From: a bacterium
GTDB lineage: Bacteria; SM23-31
Direction of reading: 5' to 3'
Assembly (NCBI GenBank): GCA_965249485.1
Contig: OZ252239.1
Coordinates: 3,643,587-3,707,586, forward strand
Length of the DNA stretch: 64,000 bases
Shown here: positions 18,214 through 29,582 of the stretch, piece after piece
How the letters are laid out: the number at the start of each line of letters is the position of its first letter
How positions within the stretch are numbered: the first letter of the stretch is position 1
Notes under the pieces: generated by a model
The model's input: the letters and a program-made list of their open reading frames with translations, nothing else
The model's database searches: none
What the model was told of the DNA's origin: nothing
Program-made: the position numbers and the translations under genes

Positions 18214-19161
18214 CTAGTGTGAAGAGAATTCTTTTATGCACTGTTTGTTAAGATCAATGAAGTCGATTTCTGATAAATTCCACTTGTCATTGTAAAGACT
18301 TTCCGTAATATGATCTGGCCTGCTTGCACCATATATTGCAACATCTATATTGGAATTCCTCAATACCCATGCAACAGACAATTGCACAATCGTTAAATTA
18401 CGTTTTTGTGCAAAAATTTTTATTTTGTCTGTAATTTTAAGGTATTGTCTGAATTTTTCACCTTTAAATTCAGGTTGGTTTTGACGGCTATCGCCATTTT
18501 CAAACTTTGTTCTTGGTGTAAATTTTCCAGATAGTAACCCACGAAATAATGGGCTATATGCAAGAACTCCAATGTTTTTTTCAGCACAGAGAGGTAGTAC
18601 CTCTTCTTCAATTTCTCTTTGAAACAGATTGTATCGCACTTGAACAGTATCGAGACATCCAAGGGATATGTACTGTTTTATGTGGGATACGTCTACATTT
18701 GAAGCTCCAACATAACGTATTTTACCTGACTGTAAAAGATGCTCGAGCGCATTAACTGTATCAGAAATAGGGGTTGAATTATCCGGCCAGTGAGTTTGAT
18801 ATATGTCGATATAATCTGTATTCAATCGTTTGAGACTTTCCTCTACACTTTTCACAATATTAGTATAACTTAGATCGAATTGAGCTTTGCCTTCCTGTGT
18901 TCTTTTAACTCCTACTTTTGTAGCAATTATTACGTTTTTTCTGTTCATACTTAATGCTTCTGCTAATATGCTTTCTGAACGCCAAAATCCGTACACGTTT
19001 GCAGTATCAAAACAGTTTATTCCTATATCTAAAGCCTTATGAACTGTTGCTATAGAATCAGCTTTACTCGGAGCACCTGCGTATTCTACACCAAAATTTC
19101 CGCATCCTAATGCAATTCTTGAAACTTTTATATTAGTTGAACCTAACTGGACAAAAATCAT
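18214..19161 (-). CDS. Aldo/keto reductase family oxidoreductase
   Basis: 315 aa. AKR (α/β)8 fold signatures (GCGNFG…; IDIYQTHWPD). Confidence 0.75.
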   Translation of the reverse strand: MIFVQLGSTNIKVSRIALGCGNFGVEYAGAPSKADSIATVHKALDIGINCFDTANVYGFWRSESILAEALSMNRKNVIIATKVGVKRTQEGKAQFDLSYTNIVKSVEESLKRLNTDYIDIYQTHWPDNSTPISDTVNALEHLLQSGKIRYVGASNVDVSHIKQYISLGCLDTVQVRYNLFQREIEEEVLPLCAEKNIGVLAYSPLFRGLLSGKFTPRTKFENGDSRQNQPEFKGEKFRQYLKITDKIKIFAQKRNLTIVQLSVAWVLRNSNIDVAIYGASRPDHITESLYNDKWNLSEIDFIDLNKQCIKEFSSH

Positions 19162-19274
19162 AATATAAATTGTTTAGTAACAAATAAATCTATTATAAAA
19201 TTAATTTTATAATAGATTTATTGAATGAGTTAACTTCTTGTTGCAAAGTAGTATGGAGGGATATTATTGAGTAA

Positions 19275-19967
19275 TTATTTCATTCTACACCGTGTAGCAA
19301 TCATCTCAAAGAATATTTTTGAGATAATACCTATGCCCCCAAATTTTGATTCTCCTAATTCCCTCTGAAGATAATTTATTCCTATTTGTTTTATTACAAA
19401 TCCTTTTCTGTGCGCTTTGATGAGGCTTTCAGCATCATGAAATCCCCACTTTGACTCAAGTTTAATATCTTCAAATACTTTTGATGAATATAACTTATAA
19501 GAAAAATTTATATCCCGAAGTTTTAAATTAAATAATGATCTAACGAGCCAATTGAATACACCAGAATAAACTTTACGTTTCATACCCTCATTCCGATTTA
19601 AGCGAAATGCTGATACGATATCACATGAATTGATAATATCAAACGCTTTGAAAATATCTTGAAAATCGAATGGTTCATCAGCATCAAACAAAAAGAAGTA
19701 CTCCATCGATGCAGTGGTAATGCCAAGGGATACCGCACTTCCCATTCCTTCTCTTTGCTCTTGATGCACCACTATGACATTGTGAATTTCCCTTTCAAGA
19801 TTGTCTACAATAACTGGTGTATTGTCGGTACTGCCACTTTCAATTATAACAATCTCAAAATTTTCAATACTGTCCTGCAGAATTCTTGCTATTTTTCTGA
19901 CAACTTTATCAACATACTGTTCTTCATTATAGACTGGGAGAATAATAGACACGCTTGATTTTATCAT
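19275..19967 (-). CDS. GT2 glycosyltransferase, polyprenyl-phosphate sugar synthase-like (DPM1/ArnC-like, soluble form)
   Basis: 230 aa. N-terminal ILPVYNEE, and DxD-type motifs (FDAD). Confidence 0.65.
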   Translation of the reverse strand: MIKSSVSIILPVYNEEQYVDKVVRKIARILQDSIENFEIVIIESGSTDNTPVIVDNLEREIHNVIVVHQEQREGMGSAVSLGITTASMEYFFLFDADEPFDFQDIFKAFDIINSCDIVSAFRLNRNEGMKRKVYSGVFNWLVRSLFNLKLRDINFSYKLYSSKVFEDIKLESKWGFHDAESLIKAHRKGFVIKQIGINYLQRELGESKFGGIGIISKIFFEMIATRCRMK

Positions 19968-20038
19968 ATAAGTTCCGAAAAAATTTCCAAGAAGTTTTTC
20001 TGTATTTCAGCATGTGAATACCATTAAAGAATAAAGTA

Positions 20039-20785
20039 TTATTTACTAGAAATAATGTCAGACACACTCTCTTTATTTTTCCGGAGGATTTTATTCATTA
20101 ATGAATCGATATCTTCAACTGCTTGTTGATAATCATCCTGACGTCCTATATCCATCCAATAATCTTTACTTTCATAGGCCATAATTTTTTGTCCGCCATC
20201 TTTCATTCTTAAGAGTAAGTCTGGAAAATCCAATCGTTCACCTGCTTTGATAAAATCCAACGCTCTTGGTTCAAAATATCTTATCCCCATTCCGACTTTA
20301 TAATCAAGGATTGGCTTTTCTTTGTGCCCTTGCACTATATTATCTGAATCAACATCAATAACTCCATAATTAATATTAACTGAACGATTATGAATTGCTA
20401 ATGTCAAATCAGATTTATTACCTCTATGAAATTTTAACATTTTAACGTAATCAAGCGTTGTTAAAATATCGCCATTCATTACAAGAAATGTTTTGTTGAG
20501 ACCTCGAATTTCCTTTATCGGCCCTATAGTACCAAGAGGAATTTCTTCATCAATATATGTGATCTTCAAACCATTTATTACGCGCTTATTTCCAAAATAG
20601 GCTTTAATTATTTCAGACAAGTATCCAACCGCAAGTATTGCCTCTGTAAATCCATAAAGTGAAAGCTGCTGTAATACTATTTCTAAGATTGGAATATCTC
20701 CTAAAGGCATCAGAGGTTTTGGAAGAATTGTAGTGTATGGATAGAGACGAGTCCCACGCCCACCGGCAAGAATGACTGCTTTCAT
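20039..20785 (-). CDS. Sugar-1-phosphate nucleotidyltransferase (RfbF / glucose-1-P cytidylyltransferase-like)
   Basis: 248 aa. N-terminal MKAVILAGGRGTRLYPYTTILPKPLMP. Confidence 0.7.
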   Translation of the reverse strand: MKAVILAGGRGTRLYPYTTILPKPLMPLGDIPILEIVLQQLSLYGFTEAILAVGYLSEIIKAYFGNKRVINGLKITYIDEEIPLGTIGPIKEIRGLNKTFLVMNGDILTTLDYVKMLKFHRGNKSDLTLAIHNRSVNINYGVIDVDSDNIVQGHKEKPILDYKVGMGIRYFEPRALDFIKAGERLDFPDLLLRMKDGGQKIMAYESKDYWMDIGRQDDYQQAVEDIDSLMNKILRKNKESVSDIISSK

Positions 20786-20911
20786 ATTGCGTTAGTATCC
20801 TTTTATGGCTCACTATCCGAAACTACATGTTATAGAATTAATCGAATAGTATCATAACATTCTTTAAATTAAATCTAATAACATTTATAAAATATTCTAA
20901 TATTTACACAT

Positions 20912-21757
20912 TTACAAAATCTCTAGATGAGATTTGAGTACATCCGATGTCCTCTCCCATTTGAAATTATCCATCAGAGTTAGAAACATCTCCCGAACAT
21001 TAGGTAAATAAAAGACAAATGCAGGATTCTTAATACAGAGTTTCCTTTTGGCAATCTGAGCCTTTTGTGTAGGTGGAAATATTTGCCAATTATGTATGAA
21101 CATGTTTACAAACTGCTGAGTATCCCGAGAGCGCTCAATAAAAAATGATATAAACTTATAACCCAGTGAGTACCACAAACTGCTTCCAAATGGAATCCCA
21201 TACGTTAATAATCTTAGGTTCATATTTGAAGGGTATTCCAACCTCCCATTAAAATTTCTATAGGTAAAGAGAGAGACCGGACATTCTAATACACCATCTT
21301 TAAAAAATAAATTATTAGTTTCCCCATAAACTGATAAGCTTGAGGTAATTCCGAATTGTTTTAAATATTTATAGCCTTCTTCACAGAATACAATTGATGG
21401 TGCTTGAAACGTTGTTGGACGATATTGCTTAATAAATTCGGATGATTTATGTAACTCTGATAAAAGTGTTTCATGATTGTAAATATGTTTATGAGAGTTT
21501 GTGTGATACCCAATTTCATGTCCTTCTTTAATCAAACTTTCGATTAAGTCGGGATACCATTCTGCTATTTCAGAAACAACATACCAGGTTAATTTGATAG
21601 AACGTTTCGATAATTCGTTAAGGAGATATTCTGATTCTCTAACTATATCTTCATTATCAATTTTTTTTCTCTCGACAGAATCCAGATTTTGAAATTCCGG
21701 AATAAGGTGAACCCAGGATTCAAGATCGACTGACATTATATTACGATCAGTAGACAT
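20912..21757 (-). CDS. Polysaccharide deacetylase-family protein (NodB-like/DUF3473-like)
   Basis: 281 aa with His-containing motifs (GHEIGYHTNSHKH). Confidence 0.45.
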   Translation of the reverse strand: MSTDRNIMSVDLESWVHLIPEFQNLDSVERKKIDNEDIVRESEYLLNELSKRSIKLTWYVVSEIAEWYPDLIESLIKEGHEIGYHTNSHKHIYNHETLLSELHKSSEFIKQYRPTTFQAPSIVFCEEGYKYLKQFGITSSLSVYGETNNLFFKDGVLECPVSLFTYRNFNGRLEYPSNMNLRLLTYGIPFGSSLWYSLGYKFISFFIERSRDTQQFVNMFIHNWQIFPPTQKAQIAKRKLCIKNPAFVFYLPNVREMFLTLMDNFKWERTSDVLKSHLEIL

Positions 21758-21937
21758 GTCTTAAGTGTGTTAATTTGACAATCTGGATTAGCCAGATAGG
21801 CTTTATTATATCGACAAAAAGTCCGGTTTTCTCTACATGATTTATTTTTAATCCGCCTTCATTTGCATACTTTTAAATTTTATGGTTTGTAAATAAATTA
21901 ATTGAATTGCCTTGCAATAAGTGATAGAATTTAAAAT

Positions 21938-22273
21938 TCAAGCCCCAAAAAGACAACCTGATACTACTAATACTATAATACCATTTTCAGATAGATGGTT
22001 TATTATATTTTTAAATACATCTGAAAGAATTGTGCAAAATTCCAAAGATCCAGCATATAAGATTTTATTAAATTTTTTATTTAAACTAAAATTTTGCAAA
22101 TCAGCAACTTCTGCATTGATACCGCGAGATTGTGTATACTTCACCATCTCATGTGACAAGTCAATTCCATAAACTTCTGCACCATATTCTTTGAGTATTA
22201 ACGAATTATAGCCTGATCCACAACCGCGGTTTAATATGTTATCCCCTTCAATCGGATCAAGTAAGCGCAGCAA
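21938..22273 (-). pseudogene. Class I SAM-dependent methyltransferase fragment
   Basis: Only 111 aa. Motif I (NRGCGSGYNS) lies ~13 aa from the start, which is too short for a complete MTase. Flanked by ~180 and ~390 bp of AT-rich noncoding DNA. Confidence 0.35.
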
Positions 22274-22667
22274 AATCTTTTGTTCTGCAGCTTTTAATCT
22301 TCCAAAAAATCATTTAGCCAATTTTTGTTGATAATTATTTGCTAGTTTATCATAATACTCCATTGAGCTCATATTATTTTCTGTTGGTCACAGATCCAAG
22401 TTGTATTTTACATGAACAATAAATATACTTAAAATTAACCGGAATTGGTGAATTATTTTAATTGAATATTTATTTTTTATCCAAAGTTTCCAAAGTTTGA
22501 TAAATTTAAGAAATCTAATAGATGAAAATCTATCTTTTATATAATTGATGCAATTTAAATATGTAAATAAGCAAATATTTATACTAATTAAACCTTTTTA
22601 GCGTTATTTTATTAATCTAAAAATTGATCATTATAATTTCAAAATAAGGGATTAAGAAAAATTATTT

Positions 22668-23405
22668 ATGGAGAGTAAAGTGGCAAATAAATCACTAGTT
22701 GTAAAAATTTTATACTTTGCAAGAAATCTGAGATCTCGAAAATTGTTTAGTGTTTTAGAAACATATTGTAAAGGTAATGTCCTTGATGTAGGTGGGGGAG
22801 CATTCTTCTTAACCGCACAAAAAAAGAAATATCAAATCAAATCTTGGACAACATTAGAATACTATAAGGAAGAAAAAATTGAGACTGAAGACGAAAGATT
22901 CAGGTTCGTTCAAAGTGATGGATGCAAATTACCATTAAAGAGTGATCAATTTGAAACAGTATTGAATATTCAAGTTCTTGAGCATGTATTTGATGCAGCA
23001 GAAATGGTATACGAAATCGCTCGTGTGCTCAAACCCAATTGCTATGGAATATTTCTAATTCCTCAGACATCAACCCTGCATTGGGCTCCAAATCATTACT
23101 ATAATTTTACCCGATATTGGATACAAGAGGTTATGCAAAGAGCCAATTTAGAAATAATCGAACTTAAACCTCTTGGAGGAATCTGGACCTCAATGGCCTC
23201 TCATTTAGTCTATTTTTTTCTTCAAAGTATACGATTCCATGGAATGTCTTCGAAAGAAAATGAAAGAAAATTATTCTTTTATCTTTTATATCCAATTATG
23301 GTATTATATGCTATAATAAACATCCCAATTTGTATGATCCTGGGGTTAGGCGATTTAACAGAGGAGCCTAACAATCATCTGGTTATAGTCAGAAAAACAG
23401 TGTAG
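22668..23405 (+). CDS. Class I SAM-dependent methyltransferase with C-terminal membrane anchor
   Basis: 245 aa. Motif I VLDVGGGAFF. Two C-terminal hydrophobic helices. Confidence 0.6.
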   Translation: MESKVANKSLVVKILYFARNLRSRKLFSVLETYCKGNVLDVGGGAFFLTAQKKKYQIKSWTTLEYYKEEKIETEDERFRFVQSDGCKLPLKSDQFETVLNIQVLEHVFDAAEMVYEIARVLKPNCYGIFLIPQTSTLHWAPNHYYNFTRYWIQEVMQRANLEIIELKPLGGIWTSMASHLVYFFLQSIRFHGMSSKENERKLFFYLLYPIMVLYAIINIPICMILGLGDLTEEPNNHLVIVRKTV

Positions 23406-23416
23406 ATAAATATAAC

Positions 23417-25063
23417 TTACTGATTTTTCAAATTCAAATATACTTTATACCCTGCGTAATAGTGGTAATCACTAATCTTCTTACCATACTCAAATGAATG
23501 ACCTGTTTTAAATGCAAGGTAATAATTGTCTTTTAAATATTTATTTAAGTCTTCTCCAGGTAATTCAAATAGCCCTATAACTATTACCCGAGGAGATTCT
23601 TTGATTAGAGTCGGCATAAGATGATTATGAAAAATCTCTTCCGCTTTATCACCACTATTATAAAGTTCTCTCCAATATATATAATCAGAACCAAAAGCAT
23701 TGGGATTATCAAGAATTAAATTGAATATATCAGTATCAAAACCGGCTGTTACGATTTTATCAGTATGGTTTAAATTGTGTCGTAAAAAATCATGCGTCTT
23801 TTCCAGTGCTTCATATATTGTTTGAGATACTTTAATTCCATTTAGAGCTGGAATTGTCAGTGTTTGTTCTCTTATTTCTGGTTTAAAAATATACAAAGAG
23901 GGAATGATATAGAAGCTGAGCAATCCGATAATTAATACACTTCGAATAATAATTTTACTTTTTTTTGCAGATTCAAGATAAAACAACTTATTAACAAAAT
24001 AAAACGCCAATAGGATAGTCGTAGGTATGATTAATCCCATCTCACCGTGTCCAATGCGATTCCCTGAATAATAAAACTGCATAAAAGTCATAGGAGAAAA
24101 AACTGCTAAGGTCAGTAGGGCAAAAGCGCATGGTTTATCTCTATGTCTCAAAACATAAAAAAAAGTTAATATTCCCATTAGAAGAGGAAGGTAAAAACAC
24201 AACGAATAATATGTGTCTTTTAAAGCAAAAAATAGTGATAAGAATGATTGGGAATTAAATATGGCAATAAAATAACTGAAAAAATTAGGCCAGGAAAATG
24301 AAGCTGCATTAGATCCAAAATACGTTAAAAAGAACAGAAAATTTTTTTGCAAAATTTCCAGAGTATTTGAATAGATTATCTCGGAATATACAGGTATAAT
24401 TATGATGCATGTCCCCAACAAGAAAAGTGATATTGTTATTTTTAAGCTCCATGTATATAATTCTTTATTTAAATACCTATATATTATTAACGATAAGCAT
24501 AATGAAAGCCACATACTTATACCAATAGGAATTGGTTTCTGTAGAATTGACAAGCCTATTGCTACTCCTGAAAAAAACACCCATTTATATGTCAGTTTTT
24601 CTCTGAACTTCAGAAGAAAAAAAATCCCAAAAACTCCTCCAAAAAGTGTGAAGATATTGCTATAGCTATATATGGGTTGGAAAATCATTAAAAACGATAA
24701 TAATGCTGCCATCACGCTCCACCATAAAGATAAAAACCTGCGGCTAATTAAAAAAGATACTACTATGCAAATTGTCAATAAAAATGTCGAAGCATAGCGT
24801 ACTACAAGTAAACTAACTCCAAATATGTTGAATATAAGTGAATAAAAATATGGTCCTATTGGACCATAATGATGCCAAATGTCTTGATAAAGAGTGTAGC
24901 CCTGAAATACTCTCTTGTATGCCATTACAATTATCCCTTCATCACCAATAATTAAATCAAAGGAAATTGTCGGTATCTGACGAACAAGAAAGAGTGTCAC
25001 TAAAGTTAAGAGCGCAAACCATTCTTTTGTTATTAATTGTTTGAATTTAGAATGAAAACTCAC
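23417..25063 (-). CDS. Polytopic membrane protein, GT-C fold glycosyltransferase-like (ArnT/PMT-like)
   Basis: 548 aa with ≥10 TM helices. Has a DE-containing first extracytoplasmic loop (IIGDEGIIVMAYK) and a C-terminal soluble domain. Confidence 0.45.
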   Translation of the reverse strand: MSFHSKFKQLITKEWFALLTLVTLFLVRQIPTISFDLIIGDEGIIVMAYKRVFQGYTLYQDIWHHYGPIGPYFYSLIFNIFGVSLLVVRYASTFLLTICIVVSFLISRRFLSLWWSVMAALLSFLMIFQPIYSYSNIFTLFGGVFGIFFLLKFREKLTYKWVFFSGVAIGLSILQKPIPIGISMWLSLCLSLIIYRYLNKELYTWSLKITISLFLLGTCIIIIPVYSEIIYSNTLEILQKNFLFFLTYFGSNAASFSWPNFFSYFIAIFNSQSFLSLFFALKDTYYSLCFYLPLLMGILTFFYVLRHRDKPCAFALLTLAVFSPMTFMQFYYSGNRIGHGEMGLIIPTTILLAFYFVNKLFYLESAKKSKIIIRSVLIIGLLSFYIIPSLYIFKPEIREQTLTIPALNGIKVSQTIYEALEKTHDFLRHNLNHTDKIVTAGFDTDIFNLILDNPNAFGSDYIYWRELYNSGDKAEEIFHNHLMPTLIKESPRVIVIGLFELPGEDLNKYLKDNYYLAFKTGHSFEYGKKISDYHYYAGYKVYLNLKNQ

Positions 25064-25110
25064 AAAATATCCTGTTATATTTAATAACTACAAAAATAAA
25101 ATGTTTTTTA

Positions 25111-27525
25111 TTAATACACGGGTTCTTTTCTTATATTTGTATAAATGAGTAATACTACAATTATAAGAAGCGAAATGATCATAATGTTTTGGCTTATTTC
25201 AACAAGTAGATTTTCGAAAATAAATTTAACATTATGATTACCTTCATTCAAAAAGATCCCTTTAAACAAATAATTCGCTTTATAAACTTCTGTTTCCACA
25301 TCATTGACAAAACACTTCCAATTAACATGAAAATTCTCACTAAGTACTAAGAAGCCCGATTTTTCCAGACTAACATCCAATTCAATATTGCCTTGCATTG
25401 ACTCATAATTTACTATATTTATGTTATATTTAATTGGTTGTTCATTTTCCGTATATTCAATATTAGAATTCTCAGGAATATCCTTTTCAATTACTACAGC
25501 AGAATTTAAATCCATTTGTCCATTGAGGATTTTTTGAAGTATGCTGTTTTCATCTCTATCTATATCAAAATTGTTTCTCACATAAAACCAAGGGAGAGCA
25601 GAGCTATTGTTATAAACAAACAGATTTTCATCCTCATAAGATTTATCCAGGATTGGTACATTGATTTCCTGTGATGAAACCAAATATTTTGCGTTAACAA
25701 GTTTTGCGAAATTGAGTATGTTGTTATTATTTAAATTTGATAACATAGTGTCGTAACGTCTATTTGCGAAATCATGAAAACCAGAAACTAATACAATATC
25801 CTTATATTGAAATCGGCTTTGCAGTGGTTGATTGAGCGGCAACACACGATAGTGTGATTTGTCTGAATTTTTGATATACTCATATACAGGAATTATCTGT
25901 TCTGATGGTGGAACAATAGAAGAAACCGGATCTGTTTTTAAAAACTTCTTATCAATTCTCCAAAAATCCGCAACAAAAATTAATGATAGTATTATAGGTA
26001 GGTATAATGGATTTATTTTAGATTTTGATATCAAATAAATGAGCATTCCAACTATTAGGAAAATAAATGATGTAATGAGAAATCCTGTTGATAGTTGGGG
26101 AAGGTTGTTTGTATAAAACTGCAATTTATTTCCAGCAAGATCCTGATAAAATAATGCACGCCACGGCTCGAGTATTATCGAAGGATTAATAAATGAGATA
26201 AATAATAGACCTGCCAGCCCTATAGTAATTAGAGAGATTTTCTTAGAAATGATCACATTATCTTTATTAAGCAGATTATGCAAAACAATACTGGCAAGCA
26301 CATATGCAGAAAAAGCAGATACGAAAATCATAAATGATGGAGCACGAAACGATTTCATACCGGGTACGATATGAAACATAATATTAAATACAGGTGTCGC
26401 CGATCCGAGTGAAAAAAGTATTCCAAACATGAAAATTACGAAGAAAAACCTTACAGTTTTTATTCTTCGAAAATAAAAGGCGGACAATACTGCAAGAAAA
26501 AATACTATCCCCCCAAAATAGTCTGCATTCAATTTAAATACATTCTTCCCCCAATAATATCTCCCAGCCTCCGTGTCAAAATGCACAAATTCAGGTACAA
26601 GTAGTGATGCGATTTCTTCCGGATGCAACGACCATGATGTTGCATACTCTTGTGTTACTCCTTCACCCTGAACACCTGCTCGTTTTGATTCAGTTGTTGT
26701 ATGGAAATATTGCGGTACAAATCCTCGAGCTCCAAAGCCCAATCCTAACACAACTGCAAATGTAAAAAAAACTGTTTTTTTGATAAGTAAACGGATTTGT
26801 TTTGTGCTAAAATATTCAGATGCAACCCTGTAAATTAAATAAAAACCAAGCATGAGAAAAGAATAATGTACAAATTGGAGATGTGTGAAATAGATATCGA
26901 TCCCCATGAAAAATGCAAGCCACACAAAATACTTGATTTTACCGGTATCAAGTCCTTTTTTTAAAAAGAAGAAAAGAATAGGTAAAATTGCAATAACGCC
27001 CATTTTTGAAAAATGGCCGGCATACGTAAATGACATTGAATGTGGAGATAACTGATACCCAATAGACAATGCTGTTGCAAGAGCTTTTCCAATTTCTAAT
27101 TCCCGCAGCAATATATACATGCATATTCCGGAAAGGGATATTAAAAAGATCATAAATAAAAAGTGCACCTGATAGTCATAAAAAAATGGGATGAATATAT
27201 CAACAAATAAGATCCGTATCACTTCAGCCAAACCAATAGAAGTAGGCATTCCTCCAAGTGATGAATTCCATACAATTTGCTGTTTAAAGGGATTTATGAC
27301 ATCATTAAACGATTTCCCTTGATCACCATAACCTTGATAAGCACCATCCGTTGTAAACATGGAGTTATCAGAGATTAGCTCAGGTGCAAAATAGATAAAC
27401 GCTAAAAGAAATAAAATGATATAAAAAAAATAATCCTTAGCTAATAGTGTGTTCACGGTTCTTTGAAAAGAAGATAGCTGAACCTTTTGGGGCGATATTT
27501 TTGATTTGATATTCTTTTTTTTCAT
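25111..27525 (-). CDS. Large polytopic membrane protein, YfhO-like (putative GT-C glycosyltransferase)
   Basis: 804 aa. About 14 TM helices in the N-terminal two-thirds, followed by a ~250-aa extracytoplasmic domain. This resembles YfhO-family architecture. Confidence 0.4.
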   Translation of the reverse strand: MKKKNIKSKISPQKVQLSSFQRTVNTLLAKDYFFYIILFLLAFIYFAPELISDNSMFTTDGAYQGYGDQGKSFNDVINPFKQQIVWNSSLGGMPTSIGLAEVIRILFVDIFIPFFYDYQVHFLFMIFLISLSGICMYILLRELEIGKALATALSIGYQLSPHSMSFTYAGHFSKMGVIAILPILFFFLKKGLDTGKIKYFVWLAFFMGIDIYFTHLQFVHYSFLMLGFYLIYRVASEYFSTKQIRLLIKKTVFFTFAVVLGLGFGARGFVPQYFHTTTESKRAGVQGEGVTQEYATSWSLHPEEIASLLVPEFVHFDTEAGRYYWGKNVFKLNADYFGGIVFFLAVLSAFYFRRIKTVRFFFVIFMFGILFSLGSATPVFNIMFHIVPGMKSFRAPSFMIFVSAFSAYVLASIVLHNLLNKDNVIISKKISLITIGLAGLLFISFINPSIILEPWRALFYQDLAGNKLQFYTNNLPQLSTGFLITSFIFLIVGMLIYLISKSKINPLYLPIILSLIFVADFWRIDKKFLKTDPVSSIVPPSEQIIPVYEYIKNSDKSHYRVLPLNQPLQSRFQYKDIVLVSGFHDFANRRYDTMLSNLNNNNILNFAKLVNAKYLVSSQEINVPILDKSYEDENLFVYNNSSALPWFYVRNNFDIDRDENSILQKILNGQMDLNSAVVIEKDIPENSNIEYTENEQPIKYNINIVNYESMQGNIELDVSLEKSGFLVLSENFHVNWKCFVNDVETEVYKANYLFKGIFLNEGNHNVKFIFENLLVEISQNIMIISLLIIVVLLIYTNIRKEPVY

Positions 27526-27849
27526 AGTTTCACATTGTCAATGAAAGACATCATGCACTTCATTACTTCGACATTTGGATCTGATTTGATCCAATCGAAA
27601 ATCAAAGCAAAAAAGGATCGTTAATCTTTTATACATCTCATTTTAACAATAATCCTCGCGGTATCACATTCTTGGGAAAATTGTTGATTGATCTGGAAAT
27701 TGTTATTGCGGTAATTGGACATCTTGATAAAAAATCAAGTGATTATCAGGGGCGCACCGTGTTTTCTGTTGCTGCTGATACATCAGCATTCGCAAATCAT
27801 ACGGTTGTTTTTGAATTATAAATTTTAGATATCTCAGGGGAATCTCCAT

Positions 27850-28623
27850 CTATTTTTCAGGAAATTTCCCTGTAATAACAATATTGAAACTGAGTTTTTT
27901 TATAATTCCCGGTAAATAACCAATAATAGTATCAAACATAATTGACAATCGACTCAAAGGAACGAATATAAACTGGGGATATAAGATCACTTGTGCGAAA
28001 ATGGGCATGAAGAACCCTTGATAATCGACTGAAATTTCGGTGATACCGTGACTGGAGAAAAGATCTATCAGATATTTTTCGGAAAAAAACTGCTGGTCTT
28101 TAGAATACATCGGATCGATTATTTTACGAATAAAACGCATCAATCTTATGAGAGGATTACTCTTCTGCGGCTCAATTGCCATAAAGACGGCATTCGATTT
28201 TGCCATCCGAACAATAGAGTCCATGACATCCCCAAGTTCAGTCATGTGATGCAATGCCCCTATTGACATAACTACATCCGCGCTATTTTGAGGTAATTCA
28301 CCGGATTTAATATTGCTAGCGATAAACTCAGCTTTTTTATTACCACTATTAAATAGCTGAGCTTCTTTTATAAATTCGTCAGACTGGTCAATTCCAATAT
28401 AACGCTCATACAAACCAGCGAGATACTTTGCCGGCGCACCCACACCGCAACCGATATCCACAATCGTACCTAGCTTTGATATATTCTTTAAGACAGGTTT
28501 TAAGGCAAAAAACAATTGTTTTTTTCGAGCAATCGAGGAGGAGACAACGGAATCTTTCCTTGAGTAGCCATATGCAATATCATCAAAGAGTTTTTTATCT
28601 TGTAATTCCTGCGACATTATCAA
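27850..28623 (-). CDS. Class I SAM-dependent methyltransferase
   Basis: 257 aa. Motif I IVDIGCGVGAPAKYLA. Confidence 0.65.
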   Translation of the reverse strand: MIMSQELQDKKLFDDIAYGYSRKDSVVSSSIARKKQLFFALKPVLKNISKLGTIVDIGCGVGAPAKYLAGLYERYIGIDQSDEFIKEAQLFNSGNKKAEFIASNIKSGELPQNSADVVMSIGALHHMTELGDVMDSIVRMAKSNAVFMAIEPQKSNPLIRLMRFIRKIIDPMYSKDQQFFSEKYLIDLFSSHGITEISVDYQGFFMPIFAQVILYPQFIFVPLSRLSIMFDTIIGYLPGIIKKLSFNIVITGKFPEK

Positions 28624-28728
28624 TTCATCTACAATTTACTTAACAGTTTCAATAATAATGACTCTAACAAATCACCTGCATAATCTTTTCAAACTGCCTG
28701 TGTAACCGTTCATCCCTCAGCTTACCAC

Positions 28729-29580
28729 TTATCTCTTTCGAACAATTAAATCGGCAAGAAGGCCAAATATGATTATCATAACCGTAAACAGCGATATAAC
28801 TATCGATTTATCAGTTAATCCCTGCAAGATCACAACATCATAAGTGACCACACCACAGGATAGTATAATAAACATAAAACTTACCGGCAAAAAAACTTTT
28901 AACGGGTTGAAATAAATACTTGTCCTGATCAAAAGAAGTAAAAAATCAATTGCGTTCCGACTTTTTATCTTTGATTTACCCACTCTTTTTTTATAATCAA
29001 TGGGAATATATTTCACCTCATATTTATCACAAAGTAGAGCCATCGTAATAGTAGATGTTAGAGAAAACCCACTGGGAAGAATATGCTGATATTTCAATAA
29101 TAAATCTTTTTTAATGACCCTTAGTCCGGAATTCAGATCTGGTATTACCGTTTCAGTAAGAAAATTTGCGAATTTATTGAGAACCCATTTCGCCGGCTTT
29201 CTGATCATCGGAATATGCACCTCTTTTCCGGTGCGGGCACCGACAACCATATCGAATGCATCGGTAAAGCGGTAAAGTTCAGGTATCTTTTCATTTGGGT
29301 ATGTTCTATCAGCATCAGTAATGCCGATATGATCGAAGTGAGCTTTCTTGACGCCTGAAATGATTGACGCACCATACCCTTTGTTGAATTGGTGTTCAAC
29401 TAATTTCACATCATATTTTGCGATGGTCTCTCGAGTATTATCTGTTGATTTATCATCAACAACTAATATTTCAAAAGGAATATCTGTCGCAGACAAGATC
29501 CTTTGAACTTCCTCGATAACTGAGCCGACACTTTTTTCTTCGTTATAGGCCGGGATTATAATGCTTAAACCTTTGCTCAT
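28729..29580 (-). CDS. GT2 polyprenyl-phosphate glycosyltransferase with two C-terminal TM helices (GtrB/ArnC-like)
   Basis: 283 aa. N-terminal IIIPAYNEE, plus DDKSTD and ITDAD motifs. C-terminal TM pair is typical of bactoprenol-phosphate glycosyltransferases. Confidence 0.7.
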   Translation of the reverse strand: MSKGLSIIIPAYNEEKSVGSVIEEVQRILSATDIPFEILVVDDKSTDNTRETIAKYDVKLVEHQFNKGYGASIISGVKKAHFDHIGITDADRTYPNEKIPELYRFTDAFDMVVGARTGKEVHIPMIRKPAKWVLNKFANFLTETVIPDLNSGLRVIKKDLLLKYQHILPSGFSLTSTITMALLCDKYEVKYIPIDYKKRVGKSKIKSRNAIDFLLLLIRTSIYFNPLKVFLPVSFMFIILSCGVVTYDVVILQGLTDKSIVISLFTVMIIIFGLLADLIVRKR

Positions 29581-29582
29581 TT

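Noticed and set aside
27526-27849. Short palindrome TGCTGAT-AC-ATCAGCA in the 320-bp gap upstream of the YfhO-like gene
   Set aside because: Arms of only 7 bp are expected by chance in a region this size. No supporting context.
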